A stretch of DNA of 42,095 nucleotides from an uncultured archaeon (GTDB lineage Archaea > Asgardarchaeota > Lokiarchaeia > Sigyniarchaeales > SOKP01), in assembly GCA_964388035.1 (NCBI GenBank), contig CAYLZE010000039.1:1-42095 (forward strand), given 5' to 3'. The first letter of the stretch is position 1. Every line of letters begins with the position of its first letter. The position numbers and the translations under genes are program-made. The notes under the pieces are model-generated. The model worked only from the letters and a program-made list of their open reading frames with translations, made no database searches and was not told the origin of the DNA. Below, in pieces: positions 8,731 to 17,574 of the stretch.

Positions 8731-10869
8731 TCATGAGTTTTTTCGAGTGAATTTAATAAAATTATTTCTGGGCTCATACAAGGTTCCCTCCTTAATTGCT
8801 TCTTGGATTGCATTTTTTATAAAATCTTTATCAAGATTTAGATCTAATTCTAAAACTTGAATGACGCTTTCTTTCTCAAGTGCTTTCCATTCATTCTCTT
8901 CTGAGATTTCTTTTAAGCGATCCATTAACTGTGATAATTTATTTATTTTAGTTCTAGATTGCCCCGCTAAGATCATATCGACATCTATTTTTCCCGTTTC
9001 TTTATCATATCCCGTGTCTTTTAAATATCGAGTGAAGAGCTTTATAATTTCTTCTACATCCTCTTTAAGAACATTATTCCTCAAGGCCATTTTTGCATGT
9101 GCTTCACTCATTCTTACTAATGCTTCGAGATTCCTTGCTAATATGGAAACCACACCATCCTCACTATTATATTGTCCCCGCAATTCCAAATAAAATTCTT
9201 TTATCCTTTCGCTAGCCTCTTCGGATAGGATGGGATGACACGTTCTTCGTGCGTGCTTTATATATTTTTTTAAAAGTTCAGGATCAATAGGAGCTAAACT
9301 CTTCCCATCTTCTCCTTCTTTTTTATCTATTTCATCTGAACCTAAAGTTGCATTTCTTAATATGAATTCCGCCATCTGAGCATCTTGCGCAGGATCAGGG
9401 CGATCTAATACTTTAAAAATTAAATCAAATCTACTCAACAATGAAGGAGGCATGTTAACGTTTTCTGCAAATGTTTTATACGTGTTAAACCTCCCGGATT
9501 TTGGATTAGCCGCGGCAATAATGGCTGTTTGCGATTTTAATGTTGCCACAATACCTGCCTTTGCTATGCTAACAGTTTGTTGTTCCATTCCTTCATGTAA
9601 AGCTGACCTATCTGCCGAATCCATTTTATCGAATTCATCAATTGCTGCAATTCCTCCATTTGCCAATACAATCGCTCCCGCTTCTAAATTCATTTGTCCC
9701 GTTTCTGAATCTTTAATCACCGCGGCAGTTAATCCTACAGCACTCGACCCTTTTCCGGAAGTATAAAGACCTCTTGGAGATATTTCAACAGCATTTTTTA
9801 GAATCTCGCTCTTTCCTGTTCCAGGATCACCCATAAAGAGCACATGGATATCACCTCTTTTGTACCCCCCTCCTGGATTTTTCTTTCTTGTCCCTGCAAA
9901 TAAACTTAAGGCACAAGCCATTTTTAAATCATCCCTTCCATAAATAGTTGGAGCAATGGAACGGGCGATTTTTTTTTGAATGAAGGGTTCTTTAGCGAGT
10001 AGTTCAATTTCTTTTAACTCATCCTTTGTAATATCAATGATTTCTTCGCTTTTATCCTCCGGATCAACAAAATTTACTTCTAAAAAGGTTTTAAAAAGAT
10101 TACTATTATTGCTATTCATGGGATTTGCAATTACCGATTTGAAAATTCCCATAATTTTTACTCTATCACCGGGTTTTACATAATCAACCAAATCATGCGT
10201 TAGAACAGCTTGAATCGATCTCGGTATTCTACCTGAAGGCAAATCCTCTGGCATTTCTTGAATCATTATGCTCTGCCAATCAATAAACTCCGATTTTTTG
10301 GAAATTAACCGAAAATCTGAATGTCCCTTCGCTTTGCATGTTTTATTAGTGCAGAATCGAGGCCATTTTATCTTAGAGGTTAATTGAATTACTTCGAAAG
10401 TGGCACCACATAGCAAGCATTCAAAATTAGCTTTCATTAATTTAGGTCTTATCGTAGAACTCCTAACAGTTATACCCTTTACCCATACGAGTTCATCTAT
10501 ATCGATTGCCCTCAAACCTCTTATTGATTTTGTTAATGGGCTTTTATCATCGATGGTGGTAAACCGAACAAAATATTCTTTATATGGTAATTTTGTGCCC
10601 GATTGGAATTTCAGTAAATTTTTAAACGCTTCAGAAGCATCTTCGATTAAGGCTTCAGGGTCTTTTTTCAACATTTGAGCAATTTGGGAATCAAATGCTA
10701 ATAAATCCTCATAACGGATGATTAACGTGTTGCCTCCCTTTGATCCAATATTTTTAATCTGTTCTTGATAATTATACACGCCAGGTTTGTCTTGAAAAAG
10801 ACGATAAAAATCCTCAAATCTCTGAACTTTATGAATTGGTTTACTAGGTGTTGATAAAGATGATGTCAC
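8731..10869 (-). CDS. mcm: MCM replicative helicase
   Basis: Zn finger CLLC..CTNKTC, GDPGTGKS, IDEFDKM, SRFD arginine finger and C-terminal winged helix. GTG start. Confidence 0.98.
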   Translation of the reverse strand: MTSSLSTPSKPIHKVQRFEDFYRLFQDKPGVYNYQEQIKNIGSKGGNTLIIRYEDLLAFDSQIAQMLKKDPEALIEDASEAFKNLLKFQSGTKLPYKEYFVRFTTIDDKSPLTKSIRGLRAIDIDELVWVKGITVRSSTIRPKLMKANFECLLCGATFEVIQLTSKIKWPRFCTNKTCKAKGHSDFRLISKKSEFIDWQSIMIQEMPEDLPSGRIPRSIQAVLTHDLVDYVKPGDRVKIMGIFKSVIANPMNSNNSNLFKTFLEVNFVDPEDKSEEIIDITKDELKEIELLAKEPFIQKKIARSIAPTIYGRDDLKMACALSLFAGTRKKNPGGGYKRGDIHVLFMGDPGTGKSEILKNAVEISPRGLYTSGKGSSAVGLTAAVIKDSETGQMNLEAGAIVLANGGIAAIDEFDKMDSADRSALHEGMEQQTVSIAKAGIVATLKSQTAIIAAANPKSGRFNTYKTFAENVNMPPSLLSRFDLIFKVLDRPDPAQDAQMAEFILRNATLGSDEIDKKEGEDGKSLAPIDPELLKKYIKHARRTCHPILSEEASERIKEFYLELRGQYNSEDGVVSILARNLEALVRMSEAHAKMALRNNVLKEDVEEIIKLFTRYLKDTGYDKETGKIDVDMILAGQSRTKINKLSQLMDRLKEISEENEWKALEKESVIQVLELDLNLDKDFIKNAIQEAIKEGTLYEPRNNFIKFTRKNS

Positions 10870-11036
10870 ACTATTTCACATCTATTTTTTATTCTACAAT
10901 CCCAAAATTATATTTGATTACTTTTTAACTATGGTATTAAGGGATAATTTATTAGAGAGATAATAAAAGAGAATATTAAAAGGAAGGAGTTTATAGGTTT
11001 TTCATAAAAAGATCATATAATATCTAAAAAAGAGGA

Positions 11037-14000
11037 TTAATTTTCCCTCAATTCCTGTAAAATTTCACATATCACGGGATCTTGACTCATTTCACATCTA
11101 ATCTTCAATACTGCTATAACCCGCTTTTTTATTTTCTCTTCTTCATATTTTGCCGTTCTTTTTAAAATTGATGCTATAGATCTTTGAGTCTCTAATGTTC
11201 TTTCATCGCTCATATTTTTCAATAACATCGAAAGAAGCTTTGATAGTCCAACTTTTTGAATTATTTCAACCATCGTGGTTATCATTTTAAATCTAACAGC
11301 TTCTGATTCATCCCCTAAAAGATTGATAATTTCATCAAAAATTGGATCAATATTCTCATAGCCATATATTTTTAATAAACCCGCAGAACTCTCACGCAAT
11401 TTGGCATCTTTGCTAGTTAAATTATTGACAATTTTATTAAAAGGAACTTTTGATGCGGAGATCTCAGGAGTATTTGATAATATATTTATGACTGTCCTTT
11501 TTACCCAGTTCTCATTATCATCCAATAAAAGTATGAGAGTTTCAATAATTTGGTCTTTCTTTTTAACGTGATCAATTAATCTCCCCAAACTAGAAACCGC
11601 AGCATCTCTCACAATCCAATCTTCATCTTTTAAAGCCTTCTCAATTAAAATCTTAACAACATCCTCTGGAAATTGAAAGCCAATATAACCTAGTATTTTT
11701 GCTGCGGATTCCCTCACTAGAACCTCCTTTTCATCAAGGAGATTGTATATAGGTTCCATAGGAACGAATTGAGGTGAATCTTTTGTAATTTCTAATAATG
11801 CTTTTGATAAAGAAATCTTAACAGAAGCATCTGATCCTTCCATAATTTCGAGAATAGTTTCCAAAGAAGGTTTTATCTTAAGAGGTTTACTTTTAACAAA
11901 ATCCATTAAAAACTTTAAGCCTTCTTTTTTTATTCGCTCATTAGTATCTTTTTTAAGAACTGAAAGAATGTGGGTAATTTCGATATCATCAATGTAATCT
12001 TCAATTAATCCTTGTAGGGTTAAAATTGCATTGACAATTACATCTTCATTTTCTGAATCCAAGTATTGTAATAATTTAATTATTGTCTCTTGAGGTTTCT
12101 TCTTAGCCATTTGTATAAGAGTTTTAGATATTATTCCTTTTGAAACATATTTAGAATCATCCGGTATTTTAATAAAATTTTTTAAAATAAGTTCCGAGTG
12201 TGTTTCATATTTAGAAATTAATATTTTTGATATGTTAGATTTCAGTTGGCTATTCTCAAATTTTATGAAGGTTAATAAGATAAGCAGAATTTTTTCAGGA
12301 TCTTTATCCCACATTTTCCCTAATAATAATAAAATGGTATTTAACACATTTTCATTGTTCGGATCTATTTTATTTATGATGGTATTCAAATCAAAGGATT
12401 TTGGATCTTTAGCAAATAAAGTTTCTAACGCAAATATGGAAGCATTCCTTACCAGTTCATTCGAATCCGTTAGCCCATCAAAAAATGGAGTAAGGGGGAG
12501 ATCTAATCTTAATGAAATAGCTTTTTTGGAAAAAAAATCAAATGCTGAAGCTCTAACGACTCCCACGGGATCATTTAATAGGGGCAGAATTCTTGTTTCA
12601 ATGTAGGGTTTGATTGATTCACTATCATATTGCTGGAGAATTTTCAAGACCTGGACCCTAATTTTGAAGTTAGGATGGGTTAGCTTTTCGAGAATCAATG
12701 AATTGGATATTTCAAGGGGAACCTTCTCTAGTAGCTTCAGGACCTCCAATTGCACTTGATCATTTGAATTAGTTAAAAGATTTCCCACGTTCATGTATTG
12801 CATTAATTCTGGATTACTACTAATAAGATTATTAATCAATTTTAAGCCAATGACTTTTATTTGCCATTCTGAATCATTAATCATGTTTATAATGTCCTCT
12901 TGGGGAATATCTTTTATTTGATTAAACTTAAAATTAGTAAGTAATTGGACCAAGGGAAGACTTTTATCATAATTTGGTGAGTTCATTGCTTCTTGGATCC
13001 AAGATAGAATCTTATCTGGTAATGCGTCTTTTAATTTATTCAAGATTTCAAAGCAAGTTTTTCTTAAGATTGGATTGATATCACATATCCCATCAAGGAG
13101 AGAATATTTAAATCGTCTCTCATCAATATTTATGTCCGATTTTAATGGAATTCTCTCAAACATTAATAATAGTCGTTCTCGGGCATGATCATGTATTTCA
13201 AAATTTTGGTTTTTTATTAAATTAAATACGGGTACGGGATCAAATCGTTGACTGCATGCCATTATTTTTGCATGTCTTATATTTTGGATGAATTCATTAT
13301 TAAGAGCTAATAAATAATAAGTGGTAATGATGATAAGAACGACTTCCTCTATAATCGCAGCCCAAGCAAAATAAATATAATTTGGATTAATTGGACTTGT
13401 TAAACTTGTAAGTGAAAAAACGCCTCTTAACTTTTCTGGATTTACAATTAAAAAATTTACCAGCACGTTTATTCCTATAGCCGTCATTAAGTAGGCAGCA
13501 AATAATAAGTGATATCCCTTAGATTGTATTTGTCTCCCGAAGTACCGGGTGAAGTATCCGGTAATACCCATGAATAGGGTAATAAAAACAAAGTATGATG
13601 ACATTGTTGATATTGCTAATTTGCCTATAAAGAAGAATACAATAGTCTGAATCATTGATATCCATGCCCAAATATACACAAATATCATCATTCCAAAAAC
13701 TATATAGGGTGCAGGGTTAGAAAAAAATTCCTTTAATCCTCTTTTAGAATCTTCAAAATTAAGAAAAATTGATCTTCTGATATCCGGAATATGATAATAT
13801 ACATTAGAGATTCCTGAAATGTATCCCCTTGATCCAAAATAGGTAAGTATTATTAAGGGATAAATTAACATCCATGATACAAATATGATGATGAAAGGAA
13901 TCCCAATTAAAGAAAGAATTAATGGAGGGCCGATAAAGGCGCCGAGATAGAAAAAAATAGCAATAGCTATTCTACCACTCTTATTAGGACTATAATTAAT

Positions 14001-14396
14001 TATCTTATCTTCGATGAAACTATGAATAGGAGTAAAACCTTTTTCATGTTCGAGATTCATTGCAATCAATAAAAAATCGATTATAGGATAAATGGAAATA
14101 TATATTAAACAAGTAAAAAAGGGCACTAGAAAAAATATAGGATTAAATTTTGGTGGAGGAGTTGTGCTATTTTCCCAGAATTCGGGTGTTTCTAATGTAA
14201 ATATGATGGCCATTCCAATTACAACACTCACACCCATAGCAAAAAATATGGCATAGATTAAACATAATAATCTATCCTTAAAGCTGAATTCTCCTTTCTT
14301 TATTAAACTAACTTGCTTATATATTATGAAAAAACCAAAAACGACAAGAACTATAAAAATAATAACAAAGCTGATTTCTAATATCATTACTTTCAC
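11037..14396 (-). CDS. Polytopic membrane protein with a long C-terminal HEAT/ARM solenoid
   Basis: About 9 hydrophobic segments in the first ~365 aa, then ~38-aa repeats (LLNDPVGVVRASA, LTDSNELVRNASI, LKDEDWIVRDAAV, LLDDNENWVKRTV, LLGDESEAVRFKM). Confidence 0.85.
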   Translation of the reverse strand: MKVMILEISFVIIFIVLVVFGFFIIYKQVSLIKKGEFSFKDRLLCLIYAIFFAMGVSVVIGMAIIFTLETPEFWENSTTPPPKFNPIFFLVPFFTCLIYISIYPIIDFLLIAMNLEHEKGFTPIHSFIEDKIINYSPNKSGRIAIAIFFYLGAFIGPPLILSLIGIPFIIIFVSWMLIYPLIILTYFGSRGYISGISNVYYHIPDIRRSIFLNFEDSKRGLKEFFSNPAPYIVFGMMIFVYIWAWISMIQTIVFFFIGKLAISTMSSYFVFITLFMGITGYFTRYFGRQIQSKGYHLLFAAYLMTAIGINVLVNFLIVNPEKLRGVFSLTSLTSPINPNYIYFAWAAIIEEVVLIIITTYYLLALNNEFIQNIRHAKIMACSQRFDPVPVFNLIKNQNFEIHDHARERLLLMFERIPLKSDINIDERRFKYSLLDGICDINPILRKTCFEILNKLKDALPDKILSWIQEAMNSPNYDKSLPLVQLLTNFKFNQIKDIPQEDIINMINDSEWQIKVIGLKLINNLISSNPELMQYMNVGNLLTNSNDQVQLEVLKLLEKVPLEISNSLILEKLTHPNFKIRVQVLKILQQYDSESIKPYIETRILPLLNDPVGVVRASAFDFFSKKAISLRLDLPLTPFFDGLTDSNELVRNASIFALETLFAKDPKSFDLNTIINKIDPNNENVLNTILLLLGKMWDKDPEKILLILLTFIKFENSQLKSNISKILISKYETHSELILKNFIKIPDDSKYVSKGIISKTLIQMAKKKPQETIIKLLQYLDSENEDVIVNAILTLQGLIEDYIDDIEITHILSVLKKDTNERIKKEGLKFLMDFVKSKPLKIKPSLETILEIMEGSDASVKISLSKALLEITKDSPQFVPMEPIYNLLDEKEVLVRESAAKILGYIGFQFPEDVVKILIEKALKDEDWIVRDAAVSSLGRLIDHVKKKDQIIETLILLLDDNENWVKRTVINILSNTPEISASKVPFNKIVNNLTSKDAKLRESSAGLLKIYGYENIDPIFDEIINLLGDESEAVRFKMITTMVEIIQKVGLSKLLSMLLKNMSDERTLETQRSIASILKRTAKYEEEKIKKRVIAVLKIRCEMSQDPVICEILQELREN

Positions 14397-14492
14397 ATCT
14401 TAAGACTTTTTTATTAGAAAAAGAATATATTATTATTACAATATGGATGTTTATTTATTAATTAAAACTATTCTGATTTAAATACTCACTTC

Positions 14493-15086
14493 TTGATAGA
14501 TATGGATTACATTCACCACAATCTTACCGATTCTTTACGAAGAATAAATTTTATTTTTCAAAATGAAATCGTCCTGACAGATTGTTTAAGAGAGTATGAA
14601 GGCATTGATTTTTTAGGATATAAACTCAATTCATTTCAAAAAGGAAAAAAGTACAACTTACCTTTTTTCCTTGCCGCCCCTCTTATCAAGAATAATATTT
14701 TGGAAGTCTTCACATCAGACAAATGTGATCACTTGGATGTTCAGAGATATGCGATTAATGAAGGAAATGAACAAAAACTTTTTCACCAAGAGCAAAAATT
14801 TCTCTATAATAAAATCAAGGAATTTAAAGCTTTTATCAAAAATGATGTCAAAAACGGCTATAAAACTAATATGGCATTAGATAATTATAATTCCTATTTT
14901 TTAAATATAATTGATACAAGATTGCTCAAGTTAATGAAATTAATAAATTCCCAAATTTCTCTAGATGATGAAAAACGAATAACTCTTTCTGAAAAAGTGT
15001 TGGTTGATATATTTTCAAAGATGGTGAAAACATTCAGAAATTATTTCCTTGGAATTTCTGACTCCACTAATTCTAATGACGGATAA
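14493..15086 (+). CDS. gins23: GINS complex subunit, Gins23 (Psf2/Psf3-like, B-A domain order)
   Basis: N-terminal beta B-domain (FQKGKKYNLPFFLAAPLIKNNILEV), then a helical A-domain (IDTRLLKLMKL...ITLSEKVL). Located near mcm. Confidence 0.75.
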   Translation: MIDMDYIHHNLTDSLRRINFIFQNEIVLTDCLREYEGIDFLGYKLNSFQKGKKYNLPFFLAAPLIKNNILEVFTSDKCDHLDVQRYAINEGNEQKLFHQEQKFLYNKIKEFKAFIKNDVKNGYKTNMALDNYNSYFLNIIDTRLLKLMKLINSQISLDDEKRITLSEKVLVDIFSKMVKTFRNYFLGISDSTNSNDG

Positions 15087-15119
15087 GGAATTAGGAATCT
15101 TAACGGCATAAATTCCTTA
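15084..15119. terminator. Inverted repeat between convergent genes (possible bidirectional terminator)
   Basis: TAAGGAATT (15084-15092) and AATTCCTTA (15111-15119) form a 9-bp stem with an 18-nt loop, between gins23 and pyrE. Confidence 0.3.
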
Positions 15120-15134
15120 ATTACTTGATTGTAT

Positions 15135-15839
15135 TTAATCCGTTTTTTTTTCATTAATATCTAAATTTACTTTCTTCATTCCATACTGATTGAAATATTC
15201 TTGAACTTTTAATGCAATTTTCCTTCCTATTTGAAATCTTTTTATTGCCAAGGGAAGTAATTCCACTGCATCGCTCATCGCAAAGAATCTAATATTCAAA
15301 TCTTCAATCATATTACCAATATATTTTCCATCATCTCTTATTTCATTTCGGTTCGATAAGCATACAATAGCAATAATATTAATATTAAAATCTATTAATT
15401 CCATTACTGTATTCAATAATGATTCTCCTGTCGTGACTGTATCTTCCACAATAATTACTTTTCCCCGTGGTTCTCCCAAAAAAAATTTATCTTTTGGATC
15501 GCCATGGTCTTTAGGTAATGCTCTACCCATTGATAAGACATATTTACCTTTCGATAAATCCTCTTTCTTTTTTGCCCATTTATATTGGGTAATGAGTCCT
15601 AATTTCGTGCCTCCTTCGGGTACACCATAAAAAGTATCTGGCTTTATATTTAAATAACTAATATACTCAATTATATAATCTGTCAATTTATCTAATAGAT
15701 AAACATCTTCAGTAGCATTTCTCCAATTAATATACCAATATGAATATCTACCCGATTTTAAAGTAATAGCTTTTTCGAAAAACCCGATGATTTTATTGTC
15801 TAAGATGAAATTAATAAAATCTTCTTTATTCCAAGACAT
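15135..15839 (-). CDS. pyrE: Orotate phosphoribosyltransferase
   Basis: TLKSGRYS, KDHG and the PRPP-binding motif VIIVEDTVTTGES. Confidence 0.88.
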   Translation of the reverse strand: MSWNKEDFINFILDNKIIGFFEKAITLKSGRYSYWYINWRNATEDVYLLDKLTDYIIEYISYLNIKPDTFYGVPEGGTKLGLITQYKWAKKKEDLSKGKYVLSMGRALPKDHGDPKDKFFLGEPRGKVIIVEDTVTTGESLLNTVMELIDFNINIIAIVCLSNRNEIRDDGKYIGNMIEDLNIRFFAMSDAVELLPLAIKRFQIGRKIALKVQEYFNQYGMKKVNLDINEKKTD

Positions 15840-15845
15840 GATAAT

Positions 15846-16373
15846 TTAGCTATTTCTCAATAGTAAATATTCCTTTCGCAATTTAGCGTATTCTTCAGGA
15901 GATATTTTTCCTTCCAAAAATAAAGCTTCTTTTTCTTCCATGATTTTCCTTTTTTGTGCTAAATTTTTGTTTTTCTCTGCCCTGGCAAAACTCTCAGATA
16001 TTGATTTTGCAATTTTGACAATTTCTTTATTCTTACTTTTTAATAAGCCATCTAAATAAGGAACTATTGGCTTCGCCATATCTAAATTTTTTTGTGCTAG
16101 CTCTTTAATTCTTTCAAGCGCTAAAATTATTTCTTCTTCATTTTCCCCATTTAAAAGCGAGATCAATCTCGGCATTGCTACATCCTTTAGAATCTCTTCC
16201 AAGTAAGATTGAACTTCTTTTTTAACATTATTATCATCATACGTGTTTACTTGTTTATCACGCATGTACTCTACGAAAATCAAGGGTAATTCAACAGGCC
16301 AATCTTCCATCTTATCTTTATCAATAATTTGGACAATTCCCCCGTCCTTTTTATGAAAAATTCTCAAATCCAA
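15846..16373 (-). CDS. Hypothetical protein with two HEAT-like repeats and a C-terminal SHOCT-like motif
   Basis: MPRLISLLNGENEEEIILAL.../IVPYLDGLLKSKNKEIV and C-terminal EGKISPEEYAKLRKEYL. The TTG start overlaps the top6A stop. Confidence 0.7.
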   Translation of the reverse strand: MDLRIFHKKDGGIVQIIDKDKMEDWPVELPLIFVEYMRDKQVNTYDDNNVKKEVQSYLEEILKDVAMPRLISLLNGENEEEIILALERIKELAQKNLDMAKPIVPYLDGLLKSKNKEIVKIAKSISESFARAEKNKNLAQKRKIMEEKEALFLEGKISPEEYAKLRKEYLLLRNS

Positions 16374-17554
16374 TCCCCCGTTGTCAGTTTTTCTGGCAAG
16401 TATTGATCGGTCAAGAATTCAAACCCGTGGGAGGATAAGGCTTGAATTTCTGCCTTAACCTTTAATTTAAGTGCTAGTTCTAAATCCTCTTTCCACTCTT
16501 TATTTTGTCTAACAAAACCTTCACTCAAAAGTTCTTTGGTTCTTTTAATATCCATTTTATTCATGGGCAATCTACAATCATTTGGAATGTGATATTTATC
16601 CAGATCTCTTGTTAAGACACCAAGAAGTTTGACATTTGGTGTTGCAAGAAAAGGGGACTCGTAACTTAATCGTTTCGACCCACGCAAATAGATCGAATGA
16701 ATATAATGTCCGTACGGGTCGCTATCTACTAAACTAAAGACGGGCAAATTCAACTCTTTACTTAATCTCTTCAAAAACATTCTAGTGGCAATATCTGCAG
16801 CACCCTTTGCCGTCAGAATTATACAAGGGTATTGTTTCCAAAATCTTGCTTCCGATAAACGAATCATTGCCGCATCTTTCTCAACCACCAAAATAAATTC
16901 CGCATCTGATTCAAGGATTTCTATATTATCTAGCATTGGACTGATGGTCCAACCACCACTCCCCAATCCTTCCAAATCAATAATATCATTTTTATCTCTG
17001 ATTCTCAATCTCCCAATACAGGATCCTTTTGCAGAAGCAACAACGTGGGTCGAATTTCTAGTCGTGTATAACATAGTAGCGGCATCTTCAATGCTTTTAT
17101 CGCTACTTTTTTGATCTCCGAATAATTTCACGTCAGTATAGAAAATCTCACGCTTTGTAGCATGAATGTTTTTTCTTAATAATTCACTAGCAATCTCCAG
17201 AACGCGAAGTAAACGAGTAAAATCTGCCACGCTAGTCAAAGAATGAAATTGCTTTTCCATGATTTGTTCACCTAATAGCAATAGATCATTCTCTTCATCC
17301 CATATAATATTGGAGCTACTTCTTGAGGGCAGTTTTATTGTTGGTCTTCCCGAGTTTATTATTTTTTCAATAATCGTATCAACAACCTGATAAATCCTAT
17401 TTAAAGTTTTCATCCTTTCCAAATCATCTATTCTTATAGTACCATTTGGAAGGGTTATGGGCTTCTTTTCGTGCTCACCAACTTTTTCAAGATACTTATC
17501 TATTAATTCCTTTGCAGCTTTTAAATCCCACTCTTTTTTACTTTTTTTGCTCAA
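16364..17554 (-). CDS. top6A: DNA topoisomerase VI subunit A
   Basis: TKREIFY (catalytic Tyr), TOPRIM VEKDA and DSDPYG, and KAEIQAL. Confidence 0.97.
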   Translation of the reverse strand: MSKKSKKEWDLKAAKELIDKYLEKVGEHEKKPITLPNGTIRIDDLERMKTLNRIYQVVDTIIEKIINSGRPTIKLPSRSSSNIIWDEENDLLLLGEQIMEKQFHSLTSVADFTRLLRVLEIASELLRKNIHATKREIFYTDVKLFGDQKSSDKSIEDAATMLYTTRNSTHVVASAKGSCIGRLRIRDKNDIIDLEGLGSGGWTISPMLDNIEILESDAEFILVVEKDAAMIRLSEARFWKQYPCIILTAKGAADIATRMFLKRLSKELNLPVFSLVDSDPYGHYIHSIYLRGSKRLSYESPFLATPNVKLLGVLTRDLDKYHIPNDCRLPMNKMDIKRTKELLSEGFVRQNKEWKEDLELALKLKVKAEIQALSSHGFEFLTDQYLPEKLTTGDWI

Positions 17555-17574
17555 TTTTATTCAACTTTATTTCG

